Source of the DNA: Casimicrobiaceae bacterium
GTDB lineage: Bacteria; Pseudomonadota; Gammaproteobacteria; Burkholderiales; Casimicrobiaceae
DNA length: 64,000 nt
NCBI GenBank assembly: GCA_035501215.1
Contig: DATJWL010000129.1
Location: 698 to 64,697, forward strand
Reading direction: 5' to 3'
Part shown: positions 37,507 through 46,339 of the stretch, in pieces
Position numbering within the stretch: the stretch's first letter is position 1
How the letters are laid out: each line of letters starts with the position of its first letter
Notes under the pieces: model-generated
What the model was told of the DNA's origin: nothing
What the model saw: only the letters and a program-made list of their open reading frames with translations
The model's database searches: none
Position numbers and translations under genes: made by a program

Positions 37507-38553
37507 TCACCGCGTGCCGCCGTCCAGTCGCCACTGCACGACTTCGCCCGCACGCAGAGGAACCACGGTGTTCTCTCCGAAGGTGTACTGGGGCGGAACC
37601 GTCCAGCTTTCGCGTCGAAGCGTGACGGTGTCGCCGTTGCGCGGCAAGCCGTAGAAATCGGCGCCGTGAAAGCTGGCGAACGCCTCCAGGCGGTCGAGCG
37701 CACCGGCTGCCTCGAAGGCCTCCGCGTACAACTCGAGTGCGGCGTGGGCCGAGTAGCAACCGGCACAGCCGCAGGCATTCTCCTTGGCGCCGCGCGCGTG
37801 CGGCGCGGAGTCGGTGCCTAGGAAGAACCTCCTGTTGCCGCCCGTCGCCGCCCGGAGCAGCGCCTGCCTATGTTTTTCGCGCTTCAGTACGGGATTGCAG
37901 TACAGGTGCGGTCGGATGCCGCTCGCGAGGAGTGCGTTGCGCGAATAGAGCAGGTGCTGCGGCGTGATGGTCGCCCCGACGTGCGCCGGGGCGGCCGCAA
38001 CGAAATCGACCGCTTCCGCGGTCGTCACGTGCTCGAGCACGATGCGCAGCGCTGGAAAGTCGCGCACGATCCGGGAGAGCGTTCGATCGACGAATACACG
38101 TTCGCGGTCGAAGACGTCGATGTCGGGTTCCGTCGCCTCGCCGTGCACGAGGAGCGGCAGCGCCTGCCGCTCCATGGCCTCGAGAGCGCCATGAGCTCGT
38201 GACAGATCGGTGACACCGGATTCGGAGTGGGTCGTTGCCCCGGCCGGATAGTACTTCGCTCCGACGATGAAGCCGCTTCGTCGCGCCTGCGCGATCTCTT
38301 CGGCCGTAGTTTGATCGGTGAGGTAAAGCGTGAGCAACGGTGCGAAGCGCGAATCCCGCGGCAGTGCTGCGGCAATCCGCTCGCGGTAGGCCGCGGCCGC
38401 GCCGACGGTGGTCACGGGAGGGTCGAGGTTGGGCATCACCACGGCGCGTCCGAACACACGCGCCGTCGCGCTCACGACCGAGCGCATCGGCTCGCCGTCG
38501 CGCAAGTGCAGGTGCCAATCGTCCGGCCGGATCAGGGTAAGCGATGCGCTCAT
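37507..38553 (-). CDS. pyrC: dihydroorotase (homodimeric type)
   Basis: 348 aa; LIRPDDWHLHLRDG (HxH metal site), VMPNL, FLGTDSAPH. Confidence 0.92.
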   Translation of the reverse strand: MSASLTLIRPDDWHLHLRDGEPMRSVVSATARVFGRAVVMPNLDPPVTTVGAAAAYRERIAAALPRDSRFAPLLTLYLTDQTTAEEIAQARRSGFIVGAKYYPAGATTHSESGVTDLSRAHGALEAMERQALPLLVHGEATEPDIDVFDRERVFVDRTLSRIVRDFPALRIVLEHVTTAEAVDFVAAAPAHVGATITPQHLLYSRNALLASGIRPHLYCNPVLKREKHRQALLRAATGGNRRFFLGTDSAPHARGAKENACGCAGCYSAHAALELYAEAFEAAGALDRLEAFASFHGADFYGLPRNGDTVTLRRESWTVPPQYTFGENTVVPLRAGEVVQWRLDGGTR

Positions 38554-38596
38554 CGGGTGCGCGAGCTTCGCGCGCGCAGATGCCTTTTGTGCTCCG

Positions 38597-38602
38597 ATTA
38601 TA
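38597..38602 (-). promoter_or_regulatory. candidate -10 hexamer for pyrC
   Basis: Perfect TATAAT on the minus strand (ccgtataatcgg), 44 nt upstream of the pyrC start. No convincing -35. Confidence 0.3.
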
Positions 38603-38685
38603 CGGGGCGGTTGCCGGGCGACCGGACACGCCGCCGCGTTGATTCCCCCACGGGATACGGGTCGCTTGCGGCAGGCGATTCAGGC

Positions 38686-38691
38686 TATAAT
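38686..38691 (+). promoter_or_regulatory. candidate -10 hexamer for dksA
   Basis: Perfect TATAAT (caggctataattcg), 73 nt upstream of the dksA ATG. The -35 is weak. Confidence 0.3.
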
Positions 38692-38763
38692 TCGCGGTTT
38701 GTTGGAGCCCCTCGGCTAGGGGCCAGGTTTCACAAAAACGAGCAGAACGGGACAGACCGACTT

Positions 38764-39276
38764 ATGGCACAAGCAAACGCAACCAAGGGACGTCGCAACG
38801 CGGCGCGGTCGGCGGCGCCTGCGAGCGGCAGCCGGAGTGCGGAAAGCGCCGGCGGAGCCAAGAAGTCCAAGGAACTGACCGAGCAGGAGCTGCTCAAGCA
38901 GGGCGAGAAGGATTACATGAACGAGGCCCAGCGCGCGTTCTTCAGGCAGCGGCTTCTCGAACTGCGGGCACAGCTCCTCAACAACGCCGACGACACCGGT
39001 CAGCACCTGCGGGAGAACGAGATCACGACCGACCCCTCCGACCGCGCGACGCTCGAAGAGGAATATACGCTCGAGCTGCGCACGCGCGATCGCGAGCGCA
39101 AGCTCCTCAAGAAGGTCGAGAAGTCGCTGCGGATGCTCGAGGATGGAAGCTACGGTTATTGTGAGGAGACGGGCGAGCCGATCGGGATCGCGCGGCTCCT
39201 GGCGCGGCCGACCGCGACCTTGTCGCTCGAGGCGCAGGAACGCCGCGAGCGGGTGCAGAAGCTCTACGGGGACTGA
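38764..39276 (+). CDS. dksA: RNA polymerase-binding transcription factor DksA (single-Cys, zinc-finger-less variant)
   Basis: Coiled-coil tip DPSDRA (DxxDxA). C-terminal GSYGYCEETGEPIGIARLLARPTATLSLEAQ, where three of the four canonical Cys are T/S/A. About 35-aa basic N-terminal extension. Confidence 0.85.
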   Translation: MAQANATKGRRNAARSAAPASGSRSAESAGGAKKSKELTEQELLKQGEKDYMNEAQRAFFRQRLLELRAQLLNNADDTGQHLRENEITTDPSDRATLEEEYTLELRTRDRERKLLKKVEKSLRMLEDGSYGYCEETGEPIGIARLLARPTATLSLEAQERRERVQKLYGD

Positions 39277-39308
39277 TCGGCAACCGGATCCGTGGGAGCA
39301 CAAAAGCG

Positions 39309-39342
39309 AACGGCCCGGCAGACACCGGGCCGTTTTTGCTTT
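39309..39342. terminator. bidirectional intrinsic terminator between dksA and the convergent membrane-protein gene
   Basis: aacggcccgg-cagaca-ccgggccgtt is followed by tttgcttt on the plus strand and preceded by caaaagcg (a U-rich tail on the minus strand). Confidence 0.7.
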
Positions 39343-39354
39343 CAGGCGGCGAAA

Positions 39355-39846
39355 TTAAAGACCGAAGAGCGCCCGGTGCGACCAGCCGCCTGCCATGAAG
39401 AAGAGCAACGGGATCGAGAGCGCGGTATTGGTTCGCGAGGCGAGAAACGCGACGCGCCGAGCCTTGTTCTTCTCTTCGTCCGTGGCCGGCTTCAACCCGA
39501 GAATCTTCTGCTGGTTCGGCCAGATCAGGACCCAGACGTTGAACAGCATGATGGTGCCGAGCCAGGCCCCGACGCCGATTCCCGCCATGCCGCCGCGGAG
39601 CAGAAAGGCATTCACGAACTGATCGCCGAGGAGCGCCGCGCCCGCTAACCAGGTGACGACCGCCGCCCAGCGAAAATACAGCAGCGCGCGCGGCGCGACG
39701 TGCTTGGTGATGCCCGCCGCGGTGCCGTCTGCCGTGGCGGCCTTCAGCGCCGGAACCTGCACGAAGTTGAAATAGTAGAGCAGGCCGATCCACATCACGC
39801 CAGCCATGAAGTGGATCCACCGCGCCAGTGCCGGAACATAATCCAT
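39355..39846 (-). CDS. integral membrane protein resembling the N-terminal membrane domain of urate hydroxylase PuuD
   Basis: ggaggagg RBS; MDYVPALARWIHFMAGVMWIGLLYYFNFVQVP...; four hydrophobic spans; 163 aa. The functional call is tentative. Confidence 0.55.
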   Translation of the reverse strand: MDYVPALARWIHFMAGVMWIGLLYYFNFVQVPALKAATADGTAAGITKHVAPRALLYFRWAAVVTWLAGAALLGDQFVNAFLLRGGMAGIGVGAWLGTIMLFNVWVLIWPNQQKILGLKPATDEEKNKARRVAFLASRTNTALSIPLLFFMAGGWSHRALFGL

Positions 39847-39860
39847 GACCGCCTCCTCCC

Positions 39861-39965
39861 TCAGCCGGGAATGCCGACAATGCTCTTTACTACGAAGTAG
39901 AGGATCACCGTGAGCACCAGGCCGGAGATGATCGTCCCCCAAAGCGAATCAAGCGGATTTTTCAT
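39861..39965 (-). CDS. small (34-aa) single-pass membrane protein, not in the ORF track
   Basis: aaggag RBS 8 nt before the ATG; MKNPLDSLWGTIISGLVLTVILYFVVKSIVGIPG*. The stop lies 14 nt before the next start, whose RBS fills the gap. Confidence 0.5.
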   Translation of the reverse strand: MKNPLDSLWGTIISGLVLTVILYFVVKSIVGIPG

Positions 39966-40078
39966 TTGTGTGGCTCCTTCAGCCGTCTAAAGGAACTTCG
40001 AGGCACTTCGGTCGGCCCGCGAACTCCCGCCGGGCGGAAGTGTCGATTTGATTGTAGCAAGCGAAGAGGAGAATCACC

Positions 40079-40714
40079 ATGCCGCAACCGTTTACGCTTC
40101 CCGCATTGCCGTACGCCGACGACGCGCTGGTTCCCGTCATCTCGGCCCGCACGATCGGTTTCCATTACGGCAAGCATCATCGCACCTACGTCGAGAATCT
40201 GAATCGCCTGGTCGCGGGCACCGATCTCGAGAGCCGGCCGCTCGAGCAGATCATCGCGGCGACGGCTGGCCGCTCCGACAAGGCTGAGGTTTTCAACAAC
40301 GCTGGCCAGACATGGAACCACAATTTCTACTGGCGCTCGCTCAACCCGGAGGGGGGCGGGCGTCCGAAAGGCGAGCTCGCCGACCGCATCGCAGCGACCT
40401 TTGGCAGCTACGAAGGCTTTCGTAAGGATTTCGCCAAGGCGGCGCAAGCCCAGTTCGGCAGCGGCTGGGTGTGGCTGGTCGCGGAGGGCGACGCACTGAA
40501 GGTTGTCAAGACCGCCAATGCGGAGTCACCTCTCGCGGACGGCCAGGTCCCGCTGCTGACCGTCGACGTCTGGGAGCACGCCTACTATCTCGATTATCAG
40601 AACCGGCGCGCCGACTATGTCGATGCCGTGCTCGACCGGATCGCCGACTGGGACTTCGCCGCGGCAAACCTCGCTCAGCGTGAGGCAGCGACGGTCCATC
40701 TCACGCACGCCTGA
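40079..40714 (+). CDS. sodB: Fe/Mn-family superoxide dismutase
   Basis: FTLPALPYADDALVPVISARTIGFHYGKHH, FNNAGQTWNHNFYW and DVWEHAYYLDYQNRR. Confidence 0.92.
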   Translation: MPQPFTLPALPYADDALVPVISARTIGFHYGKHHRTYVENLNRLVAGTDLESRPLEQIIAATAGRSDKAEVFNNAGQTWNHNFYWRSLNPEGGGRPKGELADRIAATFGSYEGFRKDFAKAAQAQFGSGWVWLVAEGDALKVVKTANAESPLADGQVPLLTVDVWEHAYYLDYQNRRADYVDAVLDRIADWDFAAANLAQREAATVHLTHA

Positions 40715-40800
40715 CCGGGCGCTAGGCGGTCCGGCTTGTTGGGCACGGTGGAACGGAACATAATTCCCACCCCGCTTTCCCGCGAAGAGCATCCCGCCCG

Positions 40801-42105
40801 ATGGCGTTTTCGTTGTTCAACAAGCCTTCGCCCGGCAAAGACAAACCCGCCGAGGCGAGGCCCAAGCCAGAGCTGACGCCGCAGCACGATGCCCGCAGGC
40901 CCGCCGCGCGCGGGCCGGCGTCGGCTCGTGAGCTCGCCGACGCCGCCAAGGCGCGTGTCCGCACCGTTCCGAAGCAGGCCGCGCCGCAGACCGCGGAGGA
41001 GCGCGAACGCGACATCACGCTTACCGGACCGCCAAGCCTGATCGACTGGAACCAGGGCGGCGCGCCGAGCATTCAGGTCGCAGAAACGAATCCCGGCCTG
41101 TGCGCCGTGCTCGAGAACGCGGCCCTGCTCTTCGCGAGCGGCCAAGCGCAGCAAGCCCGAGAGCTTCTGGAGCAGGGCGTGGCGAGCGACGAGGATGCAC
41201 GCTTCTCGCCCCTGGCGTGGCTCGCTCTGTTTGACCTGCTGCAGCGCGCCGGCGACCGTGCTGCGTTCGATCAGTTCGCCCTCCAATACGTGGTGGCCTT
41301 CGAGCGTTCGGCGCCAGGCTGGGAAGAGCGCGGGGCCGCCGGCAAAGAGCGGGGCGCCAAGGCGGACGCGGCGCGTCCGCCGGCCAGCGGATATTTCGCC
41401 CTGCCGGGAAAATTGACGGCGGCCAACGCGGCGCAGATCAGCAACATGCTGGCTGCAACCGAGAAGCAGCAGCACGTTCGGCTGGATCTTGCCTCGCTTA
41501 CGGGCGCCGATGATGCGGGTACGCGCCTCCTCGCAGATGCGCTCGGCAAGCTGCGCAAGCGACAGTACGCGCTCGTATTGCAGCACCCCGAAAAGATCCG
41601 GAAGGCGCTCGAACAGGCGGTGAGCAAGGGTCGCGACGCCGGCGAGGGCTATTGGATGCTGCTGCTGGAGCTGCTGCAGTGGCAAAACGATCGCGTGGTC
41701 TTCGAAGATCGCGCGGTGGACTTCGCGGTGGCCTTCGAGGTTTCGCCGCCCTCCTGGGAGCCGCCACCGAGCCCGAGCATTGCGGCCCCCGCGCCCGCCA
41801 CGGATCCGTTGCCGGTGGTCACAGCAGCTCAGGACGCGCTCGCGTGGCAGGGAACCATGCTCGGTCCCAGCGACCCGCAGCTCGGGAAGTTCGCCGAGTT
41901 TCGCGAAGGGCGCAACGTCATTCCCATCGACATGACAGCGCTCGATCGCATCGACTTCGTTTGCGCGGGCGCCCTGCTCAATGCGATCGGACGCGCCGAG
42001 AGTCAGAACAAGACCGTCCAGATCTCGGGAGCGACCCCGATCATCCGCGCGCTGCTGCTCCTGATCGGCATTTCGCCGCGCCACTTCGTCAAGAAGTCGC
42101 AGTAG
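40801..42105 (+). CDS. hypothetical protein with an internally duplicated [helical module + STAS-like domain] architecture
   Basis: 434 aa; basic disordered N-terminus. [39 protein letters not shown] parallels [38 protein letters not shown]. Each is followed by a ~90-aa STAS-like segment. Confidence 0.6.
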   Translation: MAFSLFNKPSPGKDKPAEARPKPELTPQHDARRPAARGPASARELADAAKARVRTVPKQAAPQTAEERERDITLTGPPSLIDWNQGGAPSIQVAETNPGLCAVLENAALLFASGQAQQARELLEQGVASDEDARFSPLAWLALFDLLQRAGDRAAFDQFALQYVVAFERSAPGWEERGAAGKERGAKADAARPPASGYFALPGKLTAANAAQISNMLAATEKQQHVRLDLASLTGADDAGTRLLADALGKLRKRQYALVLQHPEKIRKALEQAVSKGRDAGEGYWMLLLELLQWQNDRVVFEDRAVDFAVAFEVSPPSWEPPPSPSIAAPAPATDPLPVVTAAQDALAWQGTMLGPSDPQLGKFAEFREGRNVIPIDMTALDRIDFVCAGALLNAIGRAESQNKTVQISGATPIIRALLLLIGISPRHFVKKSQ

Positions 42106-42157
42106 CTGCCAGAACCTTCGAGACAGTCCGCGCCCGTCACGCGCAGCGGCCTGCACG

Positions 42158-42700
42158 ATGGAAACCTACCACGGAACGACGATTCTTTCGGTGCGCCGCG
42201 GCGCCAGCGTGGCGCTCGGGGGCGACGGCCAGGTGACGCTGGGCAACGTCGTCGTCAAGGCCACCGCGCGCAAGGTCCGGCGCATCTACGACGATCGCGT
42301 GCTCGCCGGCTTCGCCGGCGCAACCGCGGACGCCTTCACGCTCTTCGAGCGCTTCGAGGCGAAGCTCGAGAAGCATCAGGGGCATCTGCAGCGGGCGGCC
42401 GTTGAACTCGCGAAGGATTGGCGCTCGGACCGCGTGCTGCGCCGCCTCGAAGCGATGCTCGCGGTGGCCGACGCGACCGCCTCGCTCATCATCACCGGTT
42501 CGGGCGACGTGCTCGAGCCCGAGCACGGCATCGTTGCGATCGGCTCCGGAGGCGCGTATGCGCAGGCTGCGGCACGGGCGCTCCTCGCTCACACCGAGCT
42601 TTCGGCGGCCGAGATCGTCAAGGAAGCCCTCACGATCGCGGCCGAGTTGTGCATCTATACCAATGAACACTTGGTGATCGAGGTCCTGGAGGGAAAGTGA
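42158..42700 (+). CDS. hslV: ATP-dependent protease peptidase subunit HslV
   Basis: [15 protein letters not shown]...[21 protein letters not shown]; [14 protein letters not shown]. Confidence 0.95.
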   Translation: METYHGTTILSVRRGASVALGGDGQVTLGNVVVKATARKVRRIYDDRVLAGFAGATADAFTLFERFEAKLEKHQGHLQRAAVELAKDWRSDRVLRRLEAMLAVADATASLIITGSGDVLEPEHGIVAIGSGGAYAQAAARALLAHTELSAAEIVKEALTIAAELCIYTNEHLVIEVLEGK

Positions 42701-43905
42701 CCAGCGGACGCAAGGCGCACGCACCGGAGTCGGACGGCGAGTACGATGCGGCGATCCTCGGCGCGGGGCCCGTGGGACTGGCGCTCGCCACGGCGTTCGC
42801 ACGCGAAGGTCTTGCCGTGGCGCTGCTTGACCGGAGCAATCTGGGCGTCGCGGAGCGCCGCGCGACCGAGGATGATTGGGACGAGCGCGTTTATGCGATC
42901 AGTCCCGGCAGCGCGGAATTCCTGCACCGGCTCGGGGTGTGGCAGTGCCTGCCCCGCGAGCGTATCGCCGAAGTCGAGACGATGGATGTTCGTGGCGATG
43001 CGAGCGGTCGAATCGAGTTCAGCGCCTACGACCTGGGCGAAAGGGCTCTCGCCTGGATCGTCGAGCATCGCGAGCTGATGGCGGCGCTCATCGGCGCGGC
43101 TCGCGCCGGCCAGCGCATCGACGTGCTTGCCCCCTGCGAACCGGCCGCGTTGGCCTGGCACGCGGGCGCTGCCGAGCTCTCGCTCGCCGGCGGGCGTGTG
43201 GTCCAGGCCCGCCTCGTCGTGGGCGCCGACGGTCTGCGCTCATGGACACGCAAGGAGGCGGGCATCAGCCATGAGCCGCGCGCCTACGGCCAGACGGCGG
43301 TGGTCGCCAATTTCGCCACCGAGAGGACTCATCGCGGTTGTGCCTTCCAGTGGTTCCTTGCGGATCGCGGCGTGCTCGCATGGCTGCCAATGCCCGGCCG
43401 GCGGATGTCGATCGTCTGGTCGGCGCCCGAAGCGCTCGCCAAGGAACTCATCGCGCTCGATGCGGCCGCGCTCGCCGCGCGCGTCGCGTCCGCGGGTGGA
43501 CGCGCTTTGGGTGAGCTCCGCGCGATCACGCCGGCCGCAGGCTTCCCGCTGTCCTTTCTCAGGATGCCGTCGATCATTGCGCATCGCTTCGCGCTGGTCG
43601 GCGACGCAGCCCACGGCGTTCACCCGCTCGCCGGTCAGGGGGTGAATCTCGGCTTCGGTGACGCCGCAATGCTGGCCGGGGTGCTCGCGCATCGGGGCCC
43701 GGTCGCCGACGCAGGCGCACGAATCCTCCTCGAGCGCTACGAGCGCAAGCGAGCCTTGCCCGTCGCGGCGATGCAGCTTGTCACCGACGGTCTGATGCGG
43801 CTCTTCGATGCGCCGGCGCTCATGTTCCTGCGCAACGAGGGCATGCGCGCGGTCGCGTCGATGGCGCCGCTCAGGCGGCTCCTCGCGCAGCCGGCGCTGC
43901 GCTAA
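42697..43905 (+). CDS. UbiH/UbiF/VisC/COQ6-family FAD-dependent hydroxylase
   Basis: GTG overlaps the hslV stop (GTGA). [19 protein letters not shown]..., [12 protein letters not shown] and [20 protein letters not shown]. Confidence 0.85.
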   Translation: MTSGRKAHAPESDGEYDAAILGAGPVGLALATAFAREGLAVALLDRSNLGVAERRATEDDWDERVYAISPGSAEFLHRLGVWQCLPRERIAEVETMDVRGDASGRIEFSAYDLGERALAWIVEHRELMAALIGAARAGQRIDVLAPCEPAALAWHAGAAELSLAGGRVVQARLVVGADGLRSWTRKEAGISHEPRAYGQTAVVANFATERTHRGCAFQWFLADRGVLAWLPMPGRRMSIVWSAPEALAKELIALDAAALAARVASAGGRALGELRAITPAAGFPLSFLRMPSIIAHRFALVGDAAHGVHPLAGQGVNLGFGDAAMLAGVLAHRGPVADAGARILLERYERKRALPVAAMQLVTDGLMRLFDAPALMFLRNEGMRAVASMAPLRRLLAQPALR

Positions 43906-43973
43906 GTGATCTTAGCCCGCGGCGCTCCATCCTGCTACACTGTCGCCCCCTGCTCGTCGCCCCGGAGTCTGTA

Positions 43974-44756
43974 ATGCGCTTTCGCTGGTTTCAGGTCCCG
44001 CTGCTAGGGCTGTGTCTCGCGCTGGGGGGCGCCACGTTCGCTCACGACGCCGCGAAGTCCGACTCCTCGACACCGGAAGCGGCCGCGGTCAAGAAGCTCA
44101 TCGAGACGAAATTTCCGGGCGCAGCCATCAGCAACGTCAGCAAGTCGCCGTATTTCGGGCTCTACGAGGTGCAGTTCGACGATCGGCTCGTCTATACCGA
44201 CGCCAAGGTCACCTACGTGATGGTGGGCTCGGTGTTCAACGCCGACACCAAGGAAAATCTCACCGATGCACGCTTGCGCAAGCTCACGCAGGTGTCCTGG
44301 GATTCGCTGCCGCTCGAACTCGCCTTCAAGCGCGTGAGGGGCAACGGCGCGCGCAGGATGGCGATCTTCGCCGACGCGGACTGTCCATTCTGCAAGAAGC
44401 TCGAAGGCGATATCAGGAAGCTCGACGACGTGACGATCTACACCTTCCTGTACCCGATCGACTCGCTACACCCGGACTCCTCGCGCAAGTCCGCGATCCT
44501 CTGGTGCGCCGAGGACCGCGGCAAGGCGTGGGATGAGTTCTTCGCGAGCGGCAAGCTTCCCAACAACCCGGGCAACTGCCCGACGCCGATCGCCGAAACC
44601 GCGGCGCTCGGTCAGCGCATGCACATCGGAGCGACACCCACCCTCGTATTCGCCGACGGGACGACCGTTCCCGGCGCGATCCCGCTCGCGCGCATCCAGG
44701 AAGAGATCAACAAGGGCGAAGCGGAAGCGAAGAAACTTTCCGCGACGAGCAAATAG
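43974..44756 (+). CDS. DsbC/DsbG-family periplasmic disulfide isomerase
   Basis: Signal peptide; dimerisation domain (YFGLYEVQFDDRLVYTD); thioredoxin fold with CPFC; GATPTLVF. Confidence 0.85.
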   Translation: MRFRWFQVPLLGLCLALGGATFAHDAAKSDSSTPEAAAVKKLIETKFPGAAISNVSKSPYFGLYEVQFDDRLVYTDAKVTYVMVGSVFNADTKENLTDARLRKLTQVSWDSLPLELAFKRVRGNGARRMAIFADADCPFCKKLEGDIRKLDDVTIYTFLYPIDSLHPDSSRKSAILWCAEDRGKAWDEFFASGKLPNNPGNCPTPIAETAALGQRMHIGATPTLVFADGTTVPGAIPLARIQEEINKGEAEAKKLSATSK

Positions 44757-44785
44757 CCTCGATACGACAGACGACGCAGGCCACC

Positions 44786-45868
44786 ATGGCGATCCTCGAT
44801 TTCATCAGCAAGCAGTTCATCGACATCATCGAGTGGACCGATGATTCGCGCGACACGCTCTCCTATCGCTTCCCCGACGACGACAAGGAGATCAAGCGCG
44901 GCGCACAGTTGATCGTGCGCGAATCGCAGATCGCGCAATTCATCTATCTAGGCCAGTTCGGCGACACCTTCGGTCCGGGCAAGTACACGCTCACTACCGA
45001 CAACATCCCGGTGCTCTCCGATCTCAAGGGCTGGAAGTACGGCCTGGAAAGCCCGTTCAAGGCCGACGTGTACTACGTCATCACGCGGCTTTTCACCGGC
45101 AACAAGTGGGGAACGGCGAATCCGGTGATGATGCGCGACCAGGACTTCGGCGTCGTGCGCCTGCGCGCCTTCGGGATCTACGATTTCAAGATCGTCGACC
45201 CCAAACTGTTCCTGAAGGAGGTTGCCGGAACCGACGATCATTTCCGCCTCGACGAGTTCAATGACACGATGCGCTCGCGCATCGTGAGTGTGTTCTCCGA
45301 AGCGCTCGCCGCCTCGAAGATCCCCGCTCTCGACGTCGCCGCGCGCTACGCCGAGCTCGGAGAAGCGTTGTTGCCGCTCATCAATCCGCAAACGACGTCG
45401 AAGTACGGTCTGCAGGTGACGAGCTTCGTCGTCGAGAACGTCTCGGTGCCCGCTGAGGTCGAGCAGGCGATCGACAAGCGCTCGAGCATGGCGGCGGTGG
45501 GCAACCTCAACGACTACGTCAAGTTCCAGATGGCGCAAGGACTGGAGAAGACCGACGGCGGCGGCGTGGGCGGCCTCGGCGCGCAGATGGCGGTTGGCAT
45601 GGCGATGGCGCAGCAGATGATGAATCAGACCGGCGGCATCCTCGGCGGGCAGTCGACGCCTGGAGTTCAGGGTCCCGCAGCGAGCGCGGCGGCGCAGACT
45701 GCTGCGGTCGCGCCGGAGCTCTTCACCCCCGCCCAAGTCGCGCAGCTGCTCGGGGTGACCGAGTCGGACGTCATGGTCAGCTTGCAGAAGGGCGACCTCA
45801 AGGGCAAGCAGATCGGCACGCAGTGGCGCGTCACGCGCGCGGCGGTCGATCAATTCCTGCACTCCTGA
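44786..45868 (+). CDS. SPFH (band-7) domain protein of the YdjI/COG4260 type, with a C-terminal excisionase-like HTH
   Basis: MAILDFISKQFIDIIEW...LIVRESQIAQFIYLG...GIYDFKIVDP...VVENVSVPAEVEQAIDKRS, then a G/A/Q-rich linker. The C-terminus is FTPAQVAQLLGVTESDVMVSLQKGDLKGKQIGTQWRV. Confidence 0.7.
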   Translation: MAILDFISKQFIDIIEWTDDSRDTLSYRFPDDDKEIKRGAQLIVRESQIAQFIYLGQFGDTFGPGKYTLTTDNIPVLSDLKGWKYGLESPFKADVYYVITRLFTGNKWGTANPVMMRDQDFGVVRLRAFGIYDFKIVDPKLFLKEVAGTDDHFRLDEFNDTMRSRIVSVFSEALAASKIPALDVAARYAELGEALLPLINPQTTSKYGLQVTSFVVENVSVPAEVEQAIDKRSSMAAVGNLNDYVKFQMAQGLEKTDGGGVGGLGAQMAVGMAMAQQMMNQTGGILGGQSTPGVQGPAASAAAQTAAVAPELFTPAQVAQLLGVTESDVMVSLQKGDLKGKQIGTQWRVTRAAVDQFLHS

Positions 45869-45876
45869 GCGTTTCG

Positions 45877-46314
45877 ATGATCGCGCGCCTGGTATCCTGC
45901 CGCTTGCTCCTGTTCGTGGCCGTTTGCCTCGTGGGCCTCGTGGCCACGAACGCCCAGGCGCAGGACCCGCGGGCGACCTCGGCGCAAAACGCGGCGCGTA
46001 GCTGGCTGCTCCTGACCGACAAGGGGGACGCCGACGCGGCCCGGGCCGCCGCGAGCAAGAAGTTCCGGGAGCAACTCGACGAGACGACCTGGCGCGAAGC
46101 GCTCGCCAGTGCGCGTGGGCCGGTCGGCCAGCCGCTCAACCGGACGGCCCTTGCGACGCGTTTCGATACGAAGCTTCCGGGCGGACCCGACGGAGAATAT
46201 GCCCAGGTTCTCTTCGAGACTGAATACTCGAATGGGTCGAAGGTGCGCGAGACTGTCACGCTGGAGCGGGAGGCCGACGGCGTGTGGCGCGTGATGGGCT
46301 ACCTGATCCATTGA
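45877..46314 (+). CDS. exported DUF4019-like protein
   Basis: Signal MIARLVSCRLLLFVAVCLVGLVATNAQA; AARSWLLLTDKGDADAA...; 145 aa. Confidence 0.6.
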   Translation: MIARLVSCRLLLFVAVCLVGLVATNAQAQDPRATSAQNAARSWLLLTDKGDADAARAAASKKFREQLDETTWREALASARGPVGQPLNRTALATRFDTKLPGGPDGEYAQVLFETEYSNGSKVRETVTLEREADGVWRVMGYLIH

Positions 46315-46339
46315 AGCTTCGATCCGCGTTCACACTGCG

